This document shows, one piece after another, positions 1-8,887 of a stretch of DNA of 49,607 nt. Below the pieces are notes generated by a model, which was not told the origin of the DNA, ran no database searches, and saw only the letters and a list, made by a program, of their open reading frames with translations. Each line of letters starts with the position of its first letter. Positions within the stretch are counted from its first letter, which is position 1. Made by a program: the position numbers and the translations under genes. Location: contig CAZPLO010000008.1 of assembly GCA_964587725.1 (NCBI GenBank), forward strand, positions 1-49,607. The letters are read 5' to 3'. The DNA is from an uncultured archaeon. Lineage in GTDB: Archaea > Altiarchaeota > Altiarchaeia > IMC4 > SCGC-AAA252-I15.

Positions 1-104
1 AATTCCGGCCGGGGCGAATCGTCTCATTCTGGTAACGCCATAGTATCCTGTGCCGGGCGGAATAAGCGAGCCGGCAGGCGAGTGGAATTCCGGCCGGGGC
101 GAAT
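1..104. repeat. Left part of modular repeat: B(1-19), 38 bp, A(58-80), agtgg, B(86-104)
   Basis: aattccggccggggcgaat is identical at 1-19 and 86-104; cggaataagcgagccggcaggcg at 58-80 recurs at 734-756. Confidence 0.85.
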
Positions 105-112
105 TTTTCTTT

Positions 113-388
113 TTAGTCGTGTGGCAGAGCATATATTTCGTCGTGGTGTGCGAGTCTTGTGAATCTGACGTATTCTCCATCTATCCTGAATGTTATGACA
201 AACGGCCCGACCTGCACTCTTCGATAGCCATGCAAGGGTCTTCTGAGGGGTTTGTAGACTTCAGGGTTCTCGATTATCTGGAGTATTTTCTTGTCTATCC
301 GTTTCTGTAGGCCCCTGTTTTTTCTGACTAGTGAGTGATAGTCTTTTTTGAAATGGTTAGAACGGGTAGGCAGGTATCTTCTATTCAT
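113..388 (-). CDS. Type II toxin, RelE/ParE (mRNA interferase) family
   Basis: 91-aa basic protein, F.KD...L, 'ENP..YKPLRRPLHGYRRVQVGPFVITF', C-terminal 'HHDEIY'; lies downstream of a small antitoxin-like gene. Confidence 0.85.
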   Translation of the reverse strand: MNRRYLPTRSNHFKKDYHSLVRKNRGLQKRIDKKILQIIENPEVYKPLRRPLHGYRRVQVGPFVITFRIDGEYVRFTRLAHHDEIYALPHD

Positions 389-399
389 TCTCTGACGCC

Positions 400-654
400 C
401 TATAGTCCTTCATGCAGGTCTTTAAGTAGGTCTTTTCCGTTTTTGAATTTTTTATGCCCGCTTTTCTCTGCGGCCTTCATGGATTTCACAAAACCAGGGT
501 TAATCTCTCTTTGCATATCCATCTCATTCCTGATGCCGGAGCGCACCATCTCGGAAAAAGACCCATATAAGCCCTTTTCAACAAGATTCTTAGCTTCTTT
601 ATACATTCCAACAGGCAGAGACACATTCACCTTCAGTGTATCCATGTTACACAC
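400..654 (-). CDS. Antitoxin, ribbon-helix-helix (CopG/ParD-like)
   Basis: 'KVNVSLP...AKNLVEKGLYGSFSEMVRSGIR' RHH pattern; 11 bp upstream of the toxin. Confidence 0.8.
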   Translation of the reverse strand: MCNMDTLKVNVSLPVGMYKEAKNLVEKGLYGSFSEMVRSGIRNEMDMQREINPGFVKSMKAAEKSGHKKFKNGKDLLKDLHEGL

Positions 655-677
655 TAGGAGAGTGGGGCATATAAATT

Positions 678-756
678 AATTCCGGGCGGGGTGGAGAGCA
701 TCTATTCATAGCCAAGTCGTCTCACGACAAGGTCGGAATAAGCGAGCCGGCAGGCG
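678..756. repeat. Right part of modular repeat: B'(678-691), spacer, A(734-756)
   Basis: aattccgggcgggg matches B at 13/14; perfect 23-bp A copy; B-to-A distance 56 versus 57 in the left unit. Confidence 0.8.
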
Positions 757-823
757 GGCGTGGTTTAGGCCTGGGTTGTTTATGTCGTCTTTTTATTCCC
801 TGGTTTTCATTTCTTATGGTTGC

Positions 824-1405
824 ATGATGGAGTCGGATGATTTGCTGTGTGGGCGGCTGTACAGGGCTGTTACGATGCTGGAGGACTGCGGGGAGTTCGC
901 GGCGTTGGTTCCCGAGGTCAGGTCGAATTTCGTGTACGCGCGGGAGAACCCTCAGTCGAGGGAGGATGTGTTGGCCGTGGACGGACGCATAACCGTCGTC
1001 GACGGGATGCCGAAGGCGGCCGGCAGGTTGAAGTTCGGGGCGTCCAGCCACATGGCCCGGCTCATGGTGGAGGTGCACAAAAGGGACGGGCGTTACAGGG
1101 CGGGGGTGGACTTCGCCAACAACCCCGAACTCGCGGACTGGCTTGAACGATACTGTCAAGAAAAGGGTTGGGTGTTCAGTGTCATGGACCGCAGCACCGA
1201 ACCCGATGACGTGAAGGCCGAGGAAGGCGCTAGCATGCCGTGGAAGGTGGGTAAGGCTTTTGAGGCTGCCGGCGGTAAGACGCCGAAGATGTTCTACGAG
1301 ACAGGCGCCGTCGGCAAGGAACCGGTGACGGTGCTGATAGGCGGGGACCCCGTGGAGGTCGCGGAGGAGATGCGGGAGCTCGCAGTGAAATGGGCTGAGA
1401 GATGA
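824..1405 (+). CDS. Stand-alone ThiN-like (thiamine-phosphate synthase family) protein
   Basis: 'LVPEVRSNFVYA', 'GRITVV', 'FGASSHMAR', 'DRSTEP', 'G.VGKEP'; start placed at ATG 824. Confidence 0.8.
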   Translation: MMESDDLLCGRLYRAVTMLEDCGEFAALVPEVRSNFVYARENPQSREDVLAVDGRITVVDGMPKAAGRLKFGASSHMARLMVEVHKRDGRYRAGVDFANNPELADWLERYCQEKGWVFSVMDRSTEPDDVKAEEGASMPWKVGKAFEAAGGKTPKMFYETGAVGKEPVTVLIGGDPVEVAEEMRELAVKWAER

Positions 1406-2430
1406 TAGGTAAAATAGACGCCGACACGTTCGAGAGAATCGTTTCGGGCAGGTTCGGCAGACGGAACCCGGACGTGGTGGTGGTGCCGCGCAACGGAGTC
1501 GACGCCGGCGTAGTGAAAGTCGGCGGCGGACGTGTCATGGTCGTTGCCGAGGACCCTATTTTCCCGGCGCCGGGGCTGCCGCTGGACACCTTCGGGTGGT
1601 TCACCGTCCACATCGGAGCCAGCGACGTCGCCGTCATGGGGGTGAAGCCGGAGTACATGACATACAGCCTGCTGCTGCCGCCGGAGACTGGGGAGGAGGA
1701 TTTGAAGGCGGTGGTGGATTCTATTCACTCAGCAGCGGACGAACTCGGAATATCGATTGTGGGCGGCCACACAGGATACTATCCGTCGGTTGTCACGCCC
1801 GTAGTCGGGGGAGTCACCGTCTGGGGCTTCACAGGAGAAGACGAGTACGTGACGCCGGCGGGAGCGGAGCCTGGAGACGACATACTGCTGACCAAAGGCC
1901 CCGCCATAGAGGCTGCTGCGCTGCTGGCCGTGCTTTATGAGAAACAGCTGGTTGAAGAATACGGTGAAGCGTTGGTCGAGAAGGCGAAGAAGCTGTGCGG
2001 TAAGATAACCGTTGTCGAGGACGCGTTGACCGCCGTTGAAGCAGGAGGCGTGCATGCGATGCACGACGCCACCGAAGGCGGAGTCATCGGCGGCCTGTAC
2101 GAGGTTGCGGATGCGAGCGGCGTCGGCATGGAAGTGGATGAACGGGAGTTCATCATGCCGGAGGAGGTGAAGGCCGTCTGCGACTTCCTCGGCATAGATT
2201 CGGTTCAGGCCATCGCCGAAGGCTCGCTGCTGATAGCCTGCAGCCCCGAGTCGACAGAGGAGATAATAAGGGCACTTGATGCCAATGGGGTGCCTGTTTC
2301 CAGGGTCGGCGAGGTCGTGGATGACACTGGCACACGAACCCTGAGGAGGTTGGACGGTTCTGTTGAGGAACTGCGTGTGCCCGGGCAGGACCCGTTTTGG
2401 CCGGCATTCTTTAAGGGGCTTGAGCAATAA
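1402..2430 (+). CDS. AIR synthase (PurM/HypE/ThiL)-family protein
   Basis: 'GVDAGVV', 'EDPI', 'SDVAVMG', 'IVGGHT', 'AMHDATEGGVIGGLYEVA', 'EGSLLI'; ATGA overlap with upstream gene. Confidence 0.85.
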   Translation: MIGKIDADTFERIVSGRFGRRNPDVVVVPRNGVDAGVVKVGGGRVMVVAEDPIFPAPGLPLDTFGWFTVHIGASDVAVMGVKPEYMTYSLLLPPETGEEDLKAVVDSIHSAADELGISIVGGHTGYYPSVVTPVVGGVTVWGFTGEDEYVTPAGAEPGDDILLTKGPAIEAAALLAVLYEKQLVEEYGEALVEKAKKLCGKITVVEDALTAVEAGGVHAMHDATEGGVIGGLYEVADASGVGMEVDEREFIMPEEVKAVCDFLGIDSVQAIAEGSLLIACSPESTEEIIRALDANGVPVSRVGEVVDDTGTRTLRRLDGSVEELRVPGQDPFWPAFFKGLEQ

Positions 2431-2439
2431 GTAGAGGAG

Positions 2440-2979
2440 ATGGCTAACATTCACGACGATCAGAGGGTTGGCGTGTTCGTGGACGTGCAGAACATGTACT
2501 ACAGCGCCATAAACCTCTACAACAGCAAAGTAGACTTCAGACGCATACTTAACGATTCGGTGGGGAAGCGGAAGCTTGTGCGGGCGTTCGCGTACGTGAT
2601 AAAGGCGGACATAGGGGAGGAATCCAGCTTCTTCGACGCATTAGAGGACATAGGCTTCGAGGTCCGGAGCAAGGACCTTCAGGTGTTCTACGGCGGCCAC
2701 AAGAAGGGGGACTGGGATGTGGGCATAGCCATGGACGCGGTCCGTATGGCGCCGAAACTCGACACCGTCGTACTAGTCTCCGGAGACGGGGACTTCATAG
2801 ACCTGGTGAAGTACCTGCAGAGCCAGGGCTGCCGGGTGGAGGTTATGGCGTTCGGGAAAAGCACCTCCAGCAAACTGATAGACGAGGCCGACAGCTTCCA
2901 CGACCTGGACGGCGAGAAGAAATACCTGCGGAAAAAGAAGAAGCCCAGGAAGAGGTCGACGAGTAAGAAGAAGAAGTAG
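2440..2979 (+). CDS. NYN domain (LabA/DUF88) protein
   Basis: 'VFVDVQNMY', 'KGDWDVGIAMD', 'LVSGDGDF', 'LIDEADSFHDL'; RBS gagga. Confidence 0.9.
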   Translation: MANIHDDQRVGVFVDVQNMYYSAINLYNSKVDFRRILNDSVGKRKLVRAFAYVIKADIGEESSFFDALEDIGFEVRSKDLQVFYGGHKKGDWDVGIAMDAVRMAPKLDTVVLVSGDGDFIDLVKYLQSQGCRVEVMAFGKSTSSKLIDEADSFHDLDGEKKYLRKKKKPRKRSTSKKKK

Positions 2980-2980
2980 T

Positions 2981-3448
2981 TCAGTAGGTTTCTCCGCCCT
3001 GTTCCTTCCAGAGAGTGAATAGTCTGCGGCATTCGTCCTCCAAGACGCCGCCCACTAATTCAACTGGGCTGCCACCCTCCGCCTTCAACTTCTCGTTGGA
3101 TACTGTGAGTTCGTTGAAGCCTGCCTCACGGGCGTCGGATATGCGTGCGCCGTATACTAGCCTTTTTATCCGAGCCCAGTGTATGGCCGTGAAACACATT
3201 GGACAGGGTTCGGTGGTCGAATAGATGGTGCAGCCCGTCAAGTCCACGCCTAGTTTCTCATTGGCTGCGCGGATTGCGTTGACTTCCGCGTGGGCTGTTA
3301 TGTCCTGGTCGGCCCACACGCGGTTGTGCTCCCGCGCGATTACTTCACCGTCTTGTACGATTACTGCGCCGAACGGGGTCTGCCCCTGTAGAATGCCTTC
3401 TCGGGCGACCTCTAAGGCCTCCCGCATGCACTCTACGTCAGACTCCAT
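2981..3448 (-). CDS. Zn-dependent nucleoside/guanine deaminase (CDA fold)
   Basis: 'PFGAVIV', 'HAEVNAIR', 'EPCPMC'. Confidence 0.9.
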   Translation of the reverse strand: MESDVECMREALEVAREGILQGQTPFGAVIVQDGEVIAREHNRVWADQDITAHAEVNAIRAANEKLGVDLTGCTIYSTTEPCPMCFTAIHWARIKRLVYGARISDAREAGFNELTVSNEKLKAEGGSPVELVGGVLEDECRRLFTLWKEQGGETY

Positions 3449-3472
3449 GATAAGAAGGGGTGTAGTGGAGTC

Positions 3473-3922
3473 CTATGCCTCCACTACCTGGGTTTTTGCC
3501 AGTTTGTCGCCGAAACGCAAGCCTTCCTTGTCTATGAAGGGCATCAGCAGCTCGACCAACACAAACAACTGGCCGATGACGGGTATCACGCCGGCCAGGA
3601 ACGTCACGTTCCTCATAGCGGAATCCTTCATCGTAGCGGGCATCCCGGCCTTCAGAACCTTCAGTTTCATGAACTTCTTGCCGTAGCTGGCTCCGTTGTT
3701 GAGGCCGTCCCTCAGCAGCATGTATACTGCTGCCAAAAGCCACGTGAGGACGATTAATGGAAGCGAAAGTAACGCGACCATGCCTCCAGCCCGCCCCATC
3801 ATCCCGGCCACGATGCCGAGGATTACGCTGCCTCCAAGGCCCACAACCATCACGACCGCCATAACCAATACGACGTCTATGAGGTATGCGACAACCCGTT
3901 TACCCAATGGTGCCTTAACCAT
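3473..3922 (-). CDS. RDD family membrane protein
   Basis: 'APLGKRVVAYLID', 'SYGKKFMKLKV', 'RN', 'RFGDKLAKTQVV'; RBS ggaggtga. Confidence 0.85.
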   Translation of the reverse strand: MVKAPLGKRVVAYLIDVVLVMAVVMVVGLGGSVILGIVAGMMGRAGGMVALLSLPLIVLTWLLAAVYMLLRDGLNNGASYGKKFMKLKVLKAGMPATMKDSAMRNVTFLAGVIPVIGQLFVLVELLMPFIDKEGLRFGDKLAKTQVVEA

Positions 3923-4027
3923 ATTATCACCTCCTCAAACTATCGGCTTACGCGAATAAATACCCGTAGGCGGGGGGGTTTTTATTTCCGTAGATGTGAT
4001 AGATATGAAATTCCTCCGGTGTCTGTG

Positions 4028-5473
4028 ATGGCTGAAGCATACGATGTTGTGGTCGTGGGTGCGGGGGTAGTAGGGTGTTCCGTGGCCCGGGAGCTGGCCC
4101 GGTACAGGCTGAACGTGGTGGTCTTGGAGAAGGAGTCCGACGTCGCCGAAGGCGCTTCCGGCGCCAACAGCGGCGTAATACACTCGGGGTTCAAGGAGCC
4201 GAAGCTGTCCAGGAAGGCATTGTACTGTGTTGAAGGCAACAAACGGTTCCGGCAGATAGCAGAGGAACTGGAGGTGCCCTTTGAGGAGATTGGAACCTAC
4301 ACCGTCGGCAAGACAGAGGAGGACAGGGCGAAGCTGACTGAGCTGAATGATGCAGGGGAGGCCGCCGGCGCCGAAGGACTCCGCATAGTTGAGGAAGACG
4401 AGCTGAAGAAGCTGGAGCCGCACGTGGACGGGAGGATAGCGTTGCTGGCCCCCAGCGGGGGCATAACAGACCCCCACGAGTACACGATAGCGTTGGCGGA
4501 GAACGCGGCGTTGAACGGTGTCCGGTTCTGCTTCAACCACGAAGTCCAAGACATAGAAAAAGACGGGGGTTTCTACGTGGTGAAGACGCCGTACGGGGAA
4601 TACACCACCAGGTTCGTCGTCAACTCTGCGGGAGTGTACGCCGACAAAGTAGCGGAGATGGTCGGTTACATGAAACACATGGTGAACTCGTGCCGTGGAG
4701 AATACTTCGTGTTGGACAAGAAAGTCGGCCACCTCATAGAGGGGATGATATACCCGATGCCTCCCGAGAAGACCGGGGGCATAGGAGTGCATTTGACGCC
4801 CACCATCCACGGGAACATCATAGTCGGGCCGAGCGCACAGTACATAGAATGCAGAGACGACGTCGGAACGACGTCGGACATCATGCGGGAGCTCATAGAC
4901 GGGGCGAGGGAGCTGGTGCCCGACATAACGTTGAAGGACGTCATCCACGAGTACGCCGGCCTGAGGTCCAAGATAATAGAGCCTGAGGCGGCGAACAAAG
5001 GCGACTTCGTCATGGAAGAAGAACCAGGAGGGTTCATACAGTTGCTGGGCATCGAATCCCCCGGCCTCACCGCAGCGCCGGTGATAGCCGAGAAGGTGCG
5101 TGAGATGATTGAGTCCCACGGCACGCTGGAGAAGAACCCGGATTTCAACCCACGGAGGGAGTCGCGGGTGAAGTTCGCCGAACTCCCGGAGAATGAGAAG
5201 AAAAGACTCATCAAGGAGGACCCCGACTACGGGGTGATAATATGCAGGTGCGAGGAAGTCACCAAACGGGAGATACTGGATGCGTTGAACAACCCGTTGG
5301 GTGTTAGGACGCTTAAGGGCCTGCGCATCAGGACGCGGGCTGGTATGGGGCGGTGCCAGGGAGGGTTCTGCCTACCCAACATACTCAGGATAATGAGGGA
5401 GGAGTGCGGCGTGGGCCTGGAGGCCACGTTGAAGGGCGAGGGCAGCCGGGTGTGCGTGTGCTCCAGCAGATGA
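4028..5473 (+). CDS. FAD-dependent oxidoreductase (GlpA/LhgO-like, G3PDH large subunit) with C-terminal BFD-like [2Fe-2S] domain
   Basis: GAGVVG FAD motif, 'ASGANSGVIHSG', 'GIESPGLTAAP', 'ICRCEEVT...GRCQGGFC'. Confidence 0.88.
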   Translation: MAEAYDVVVVGAGVVGCSVARELARYRLNVVVLEKESDVAEGASGANSGVIHSGFKEPKLSRKALYCVEGNKRFRQIAEELEVPFEEIGTYTVGKTEEDRAKLTELNDAGEAAGAEGLRIVEEDELKKLEPHVDGRIALLAPSGGITDPHEYTIALAENAALNGVRFCFNHEVQDIEKDGGFYVVKTPYGEYTTRFVVNSAGVYADKVAEMVGYMKHMVNSCRGEYFVLDKKVGHLIEGMIYPMPPEKTGGIGVHLTPTIHGNIIVGPSAQYIECRDDVGTTSDIMRELIDGARELVPDITLKDVIHEYAGLRSKIIEPEAANKGDFVMEEEPGGFIQLLGIESPGLTAAPVIAEKVREMIESHGTLEKNPDFNPRRESRVKFAELPENEKKRLIKEDPDYGVIICRCEEVTKREILDALNNPLGVRTLKGLRIRTRAGMGRCQGGFCLPNILRIMREECGVGLEATLKGEGSRVCVCSSR

Positions 5474-6696
5474 TGGAACGCGACATAGTGGTCATAGGGG
5501 GAGGGCCTGCTGGGTTGGCGGCCGCCATAAAAGCCAGTGAAAAAGGCGCGGACGTGCTGCTGGTGGAGCGGAGCGGACGCCTCGGAGGCATACTCAACCA
5601 GTGCATACACGACGGCTTCGGCGTGGAGATATTCGGTGAGGCGTTGGCCGGCCCGGAGTACGCTCAGAGGTACATAGACCGGGTTGAAGAGCTTGGTATA
5701 GACTACGTGGTCGACTCCACCGTAACAGACCTGAAGGACAAGACATTGACGATTATGAGCCCGGCGGGGTTCATGAAGGTGAAGGCCAAGGCGGTTATAT
5801 TGACGACAGGGTGCAGGGAGCGGACGAGGGAGATGATTAGGATACCCGGCAGCCGGCCCGCTGGAGTTTATACTGCGGGGTGCGCGCAGAACCTCATCAA
5901 CCTCCTCGGTTATATTCCTGGGAGGAAGGTGGTGATACTGGGTTCCGGGGACATAGGTTTGATTATGGCCCGCCGCCTCACCCTGGAGGGGGCGGAGGTT
6001 CAGGCGGTTGTGGAGATTATGCCGTACAGCAGCGGACTAACCCGCAACATCGTCCAGTGCCTGGAAGACTACGACATCCCGTTGTATCTGAAGCACACGG
6101 TGACGGAGATACGCGGCAACAAGCGGGTGGATGGAATTACAATATCCGAAGTCGATGAGCGGTTCCAGCCGGTGGAGGGGACGGAGAAGGAATTCGACTG
6201 CGACACCCTCCTCCTGTCCGTTGGATTGATTCCCGAAAACGAGCTGGCGGAGAAGGCGGGGGTGGAACTGGACCCTCGGACGATGGGGCCGATAGTGAAC
6301 GAGTTCAACGAGACCTCCGTGGAAGGAATATATGCGGCGGGGAATTCGCTGCAGGTCCACGACCTCGTCGACTGGGCCACATTGGAGGCTGAAAATGCGG
6401 GAGTGCATGCGGCGGATTACGTGAAGAACGGGGAGAGAGCCGGCAGGGGGCACACCATGAAGGCGGGCGAAGGCGTCTTGCAGGTTGTGCCGCAGCGCTA
6501 CGGCGGCGGACACGACGTCACCATTTCACTCAGGGTTCGGGAGCCGTTCAAAAACCGTAAATTGGTGGTCCGCGACGGCGACAAATTAGTCAATGAGGAG
6601 TTTCACGTGAAGATGGTGCCCGCGGAGATGGTGCGTGTGAAGCTCACCGCTGACCAGGTGAAAGACACCGGGGGGTTGGTTGTCGATGTCGGTTGA
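5470..6696 (+). CDS. NAD(P)/FAD-dependent oxidoreductase (pyridine nucleotide-disulfide family)
   Basis: 'GGGPAGLAAA', 'GGILNQCIHDGFG', 'TGCRER', 'ILGSGDIGLIMARR'; ATGA overlap. Confidence 0.88.
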   Translation: MMERDIVVIGGGPAGLAAAIKASEKGADVLLVERSGRLGGILNQCIHDGFGVEIFGEALAGPEYAQRYIDRVEELGIDYVVDSTVTDLKDKTLTIMSPAGFMKVKAKAVILTTGCRERTREMIRIPGSRPAGVYTAGCAQNLINLLGYIPGRKVVILGSGDIGLIMARRLTLEGAEVQAVVEIMPYSSGLTRNIVQCLEDYDIPLYLKHTVTEIRGNKRVDGITISEVDERFQPVEGTEKEFDCDTLLLSVGLIPENELAEKAGVELDPRTMGPIVNEFNETSVEGIYAAGNSLQVHDLVDWATLEAENAGVHAADYVKNGERAGRGHTMKAGEGVLQVVPQRYGGGHDVTISLRVREPFKNRKLVVRDGDKLVNEEFHVKMVPAEMVRVKLTADQVKDTGGLVVDVG

Positions 6697-7051
6697 CCGT
6701 GAGATAACGTGTATCGTGTGCCCGCAGGGGTGTCGGATAACGGTGAAAGGCGACGCAGGAGACCTGGTGATTGAGGGGAACCGGTGCCCTAGGGGTTTGG
6801 AGTACGCGAAGAAGGAGGTCACCGCCCCGGAGCGGACGATTACCTCCAGCGTCAAGGTGACATGCGGGGAGCTTCCGCTGGTGAGCGTGAAAACAACGGG
6901 GACCGTGCCTAAAAAGCGGATAAGGGAGCTGATGGAGGAGATAAAGGCCGCTGAAACAGATGCGCCCGTGGACATAGGGGACGTGCTGGTAGAGGACCTG
7001 GGTGGTACGGGCGTTAAAGTGGTCGCCACCAAGAGGGTGGGCGAGAAATAA
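6686..7051 (+). CDS. DUF1667 (CxxC) protein, third gene of G3PDH-like operon
   Basis: 'TCIVCPQGC', 'GNRCPRG..YA', 'VSVKT'. Confidence 0.85.
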   Translation: MSVDREITCIVCPQGCRITVKGDAGDLVIEGNRCPRGLEYAKKEVTAPERTITSSVKVTCGELPLVSVKTTGTVPKKRIRELMEEIKAAETDAPVDIGDVLVEDLGGTGVKVVATKRVGEK

Positions 7052-7074
7052 AGGCTGCCGTCACATACTATACC

Positions 7075-7797
7075 ATGGGCGGGGAGGAGACGGTGATGGC
7101 GGCGCTAATAGCTGTCATGGCAGCTATACTGCTGTTTCTGCTGATGATGCCTTCGCAACGATTCATGGAGCACATGGGGGGGGCGGCCGACCGCCTGTTC
7201 CCAACCACATCTTCGACGACAACCTCGACCACCACCACCTCGACCACGACGACTTCGTCCACCACAACCACTACGACGACGCAGTCCACATCAACCACCA
7301 CTACCACGTCATCAACGACGTCGACGATGAGCGGGATGCGGTGCGACTCCGACGAGGACTGCGGCGGAACCGTAGAGGAGCTGCGTTGCAAGGGCAACAC
7401 CATATACCGGTACACCACCACATACAGGTGCAGCAACAGGGGGACGCCGGAGAGCATCTGCCTGGGCAGAATCAAGGAGGAGCCGGTGGTCAGCTGCGAA
7501 GTCTACGAGGACTGCGTCGGCGGAGGATGTGTGCGCGTGTACAACAACGAATGCGACTACCGCTGCTACCAGCAGGGGTACGGCGGATACTACTGCACCG
7601 ACGACGGCTGCGGTGAAATGGACGTGCGTGTGAGCGTTGACGAATGCTCCGCAGCAGGCAGCATATGCTGCTGCGAAACAGGGTTGACCACCACCACCTC
7701 AACCATCCAGACGACCACCACCTCCACTGCTTCGACCGTGACGACAACGTCCGACACCACATCCACAACGGAGCCGACCACGACCACGGTGGCTTAA
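7075..7797 (+). CDS. Membrane-anchored Thr-rich/Cys-rich surface protein
   Basis: N-terminal hydrophobic helix, two poly-Thr/Ser tracts flanking a Cys-rich region. Confidence 0.7.
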   Translation: MGGEETVMAALIAVMAAILLFLLMMPSQRFMEHMGGAADRLFPTTSSTTTSTTTTSTTTTSSTTTTTTTQSTSTTTTTSSTTSTMSGMRCDSDEDCGGTVEELRCKGNTIYRYTTTYRCSNRGTPESICLGRIKEEPVVSCEVYEDCVGGGCVRVYNNECDYRCYQQGYGGYYCTDDGCGEMDVRVSVDECSAAGSICCCETGLTTTTSTIQTTTTSTASTVTTTSDTTSTTEPTTTTVA

Positions 7798-8828
7798 CCG
7801 TACCATTCACGGCGCATACGACGGTATTCCCTGACCGCTTCCGGGATTTTCACATGCAGCCTCGTGTACGGTGTCGCGTATATTACGTGTTGTAGAGCCT
7901 CCAACGGCATCGCCTTCAACGCCTTCTTCACCTGGTTAACGGTCTTCCTGTAGAGGCTCATCTCATCCCGTATCCTCATCCGCTTTTTCTCCAGGCGTTT
8001 CCGGAGCCTCTTCACCCGCTCGCCGAGCTCCCTTCTCTCCTTCTTCGTCTTCGCCCTCCGGCGCCTCTTCTCCAATGCCCTGATTTTCTTGGCGGTGGCG
8101 GTGTAGCTGAGGTAGTCTTCCGCCTGCTCACGCACCTCCTCCGCGAGGCCGCGGCGGGAGTTCTCGTTTATTATCCTCCACCGCATGTCACGGCTGTCGC
8201 GGAAGTTGTGGAGGTAGGCGTTCAGCTCCGACTTAATCCTGTACCGCATGTAGGCTAGGTCGTCCCACGGCTGCGGCCGCTTCTTAACGTAGTCTTCGAA
8301 CGCGTGGACGCTCTCATGACGTATAATTTCCCTCGTCTCTATGCTCCATTCGGACTCCCTGCCGAACGACACCAGCCCCCTTAACTCCTTTATCTTGATG
8401 TCGCGGTCTCCGACGCTGTAGTATCCGCCGCTGCCGGGGCCCCATCCCACCCGCCTCCAGAACGCCATCAAATCGTTTTTGCGGAAGATGAAGTGTACGT
8501 TGAACGGGCTCCAGATTATCTTAACGGGCTGCTGCGGCCTCGGGCGGAACCCGAAGACTTTTTCGTAGAACAGGCGTGGCCGTCGGGAGTGCTGTTTCCT
8601 GTACTTCCGGACTGTGTTGCGGGCTCCGTACATGTCGCGGATGAGTGATGTGAAGCGGACGCGTTCCTCCCTGGTGAGGGACACGTGCATCCCCCGCTTC
8701 GGCCTGGTCAACTGGGTCAAGAGTCGGGACGGCAGGGGGTTCTTTCGCCTGGGGCGGCGGAACCACTTCAGTATCCGCGCCTCCACCACCGCCCTCTTCA
8801 CCATATCCCCTGTTCCGTTGGCGGACAT
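7794..8828 (-). CDS. Hypothetical very basic protein with HExxH motif
   Basis: 344-aa ORF filling the gap; 'IIRHESVHAFE', then 'SELNAY'; Arg/Lys-rich coiled coil. Confidence 0.6.
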   Translation of the reverse strand: MSANGTGDMVKRAVVEARILKWFRRPRRKNPLPSRLLTQLTRPKRGMHVSLTREERVRFTSLIRDMYGARNTVRKYRKQHSRRPRLFYEKVFGFRPRPQQPVKIIWSPFNVHFIFRKNDLMAFWRRVGWGPGSGGYYSVGDRDIKIKELRGLVSFGRESEWSIETREIIRHESVHAFEDYVKKRPQPWDDLAYMRYRIKSELNAYLHNFRDSRDMRWRIINENSRRGLAEEVREQAEDYLSYTATAKKIRALEKRRRRAKTKKERRELGERVKRLRKRLEKKRMRIRDEMSLYRKTVNQVKKALKAMPLEALQHVIYATPYTRLHVKIPEAVREYRRMRREWYG

Positions 8829-8887
8829 GAAATAGATATTGGCGTCTTCGGAGATAAGTTATTAAGGTTTCGGTTGAATACTCTGTC

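Noticed and set aside
1-756. CRISPR array or integron attC sites
   Set aside because: Only one complete repeat, interrupted by genes, with no cas genes or leader in the window; no RYYYAAC/GTTRRRY cores. Kept as an unexplained repeat.
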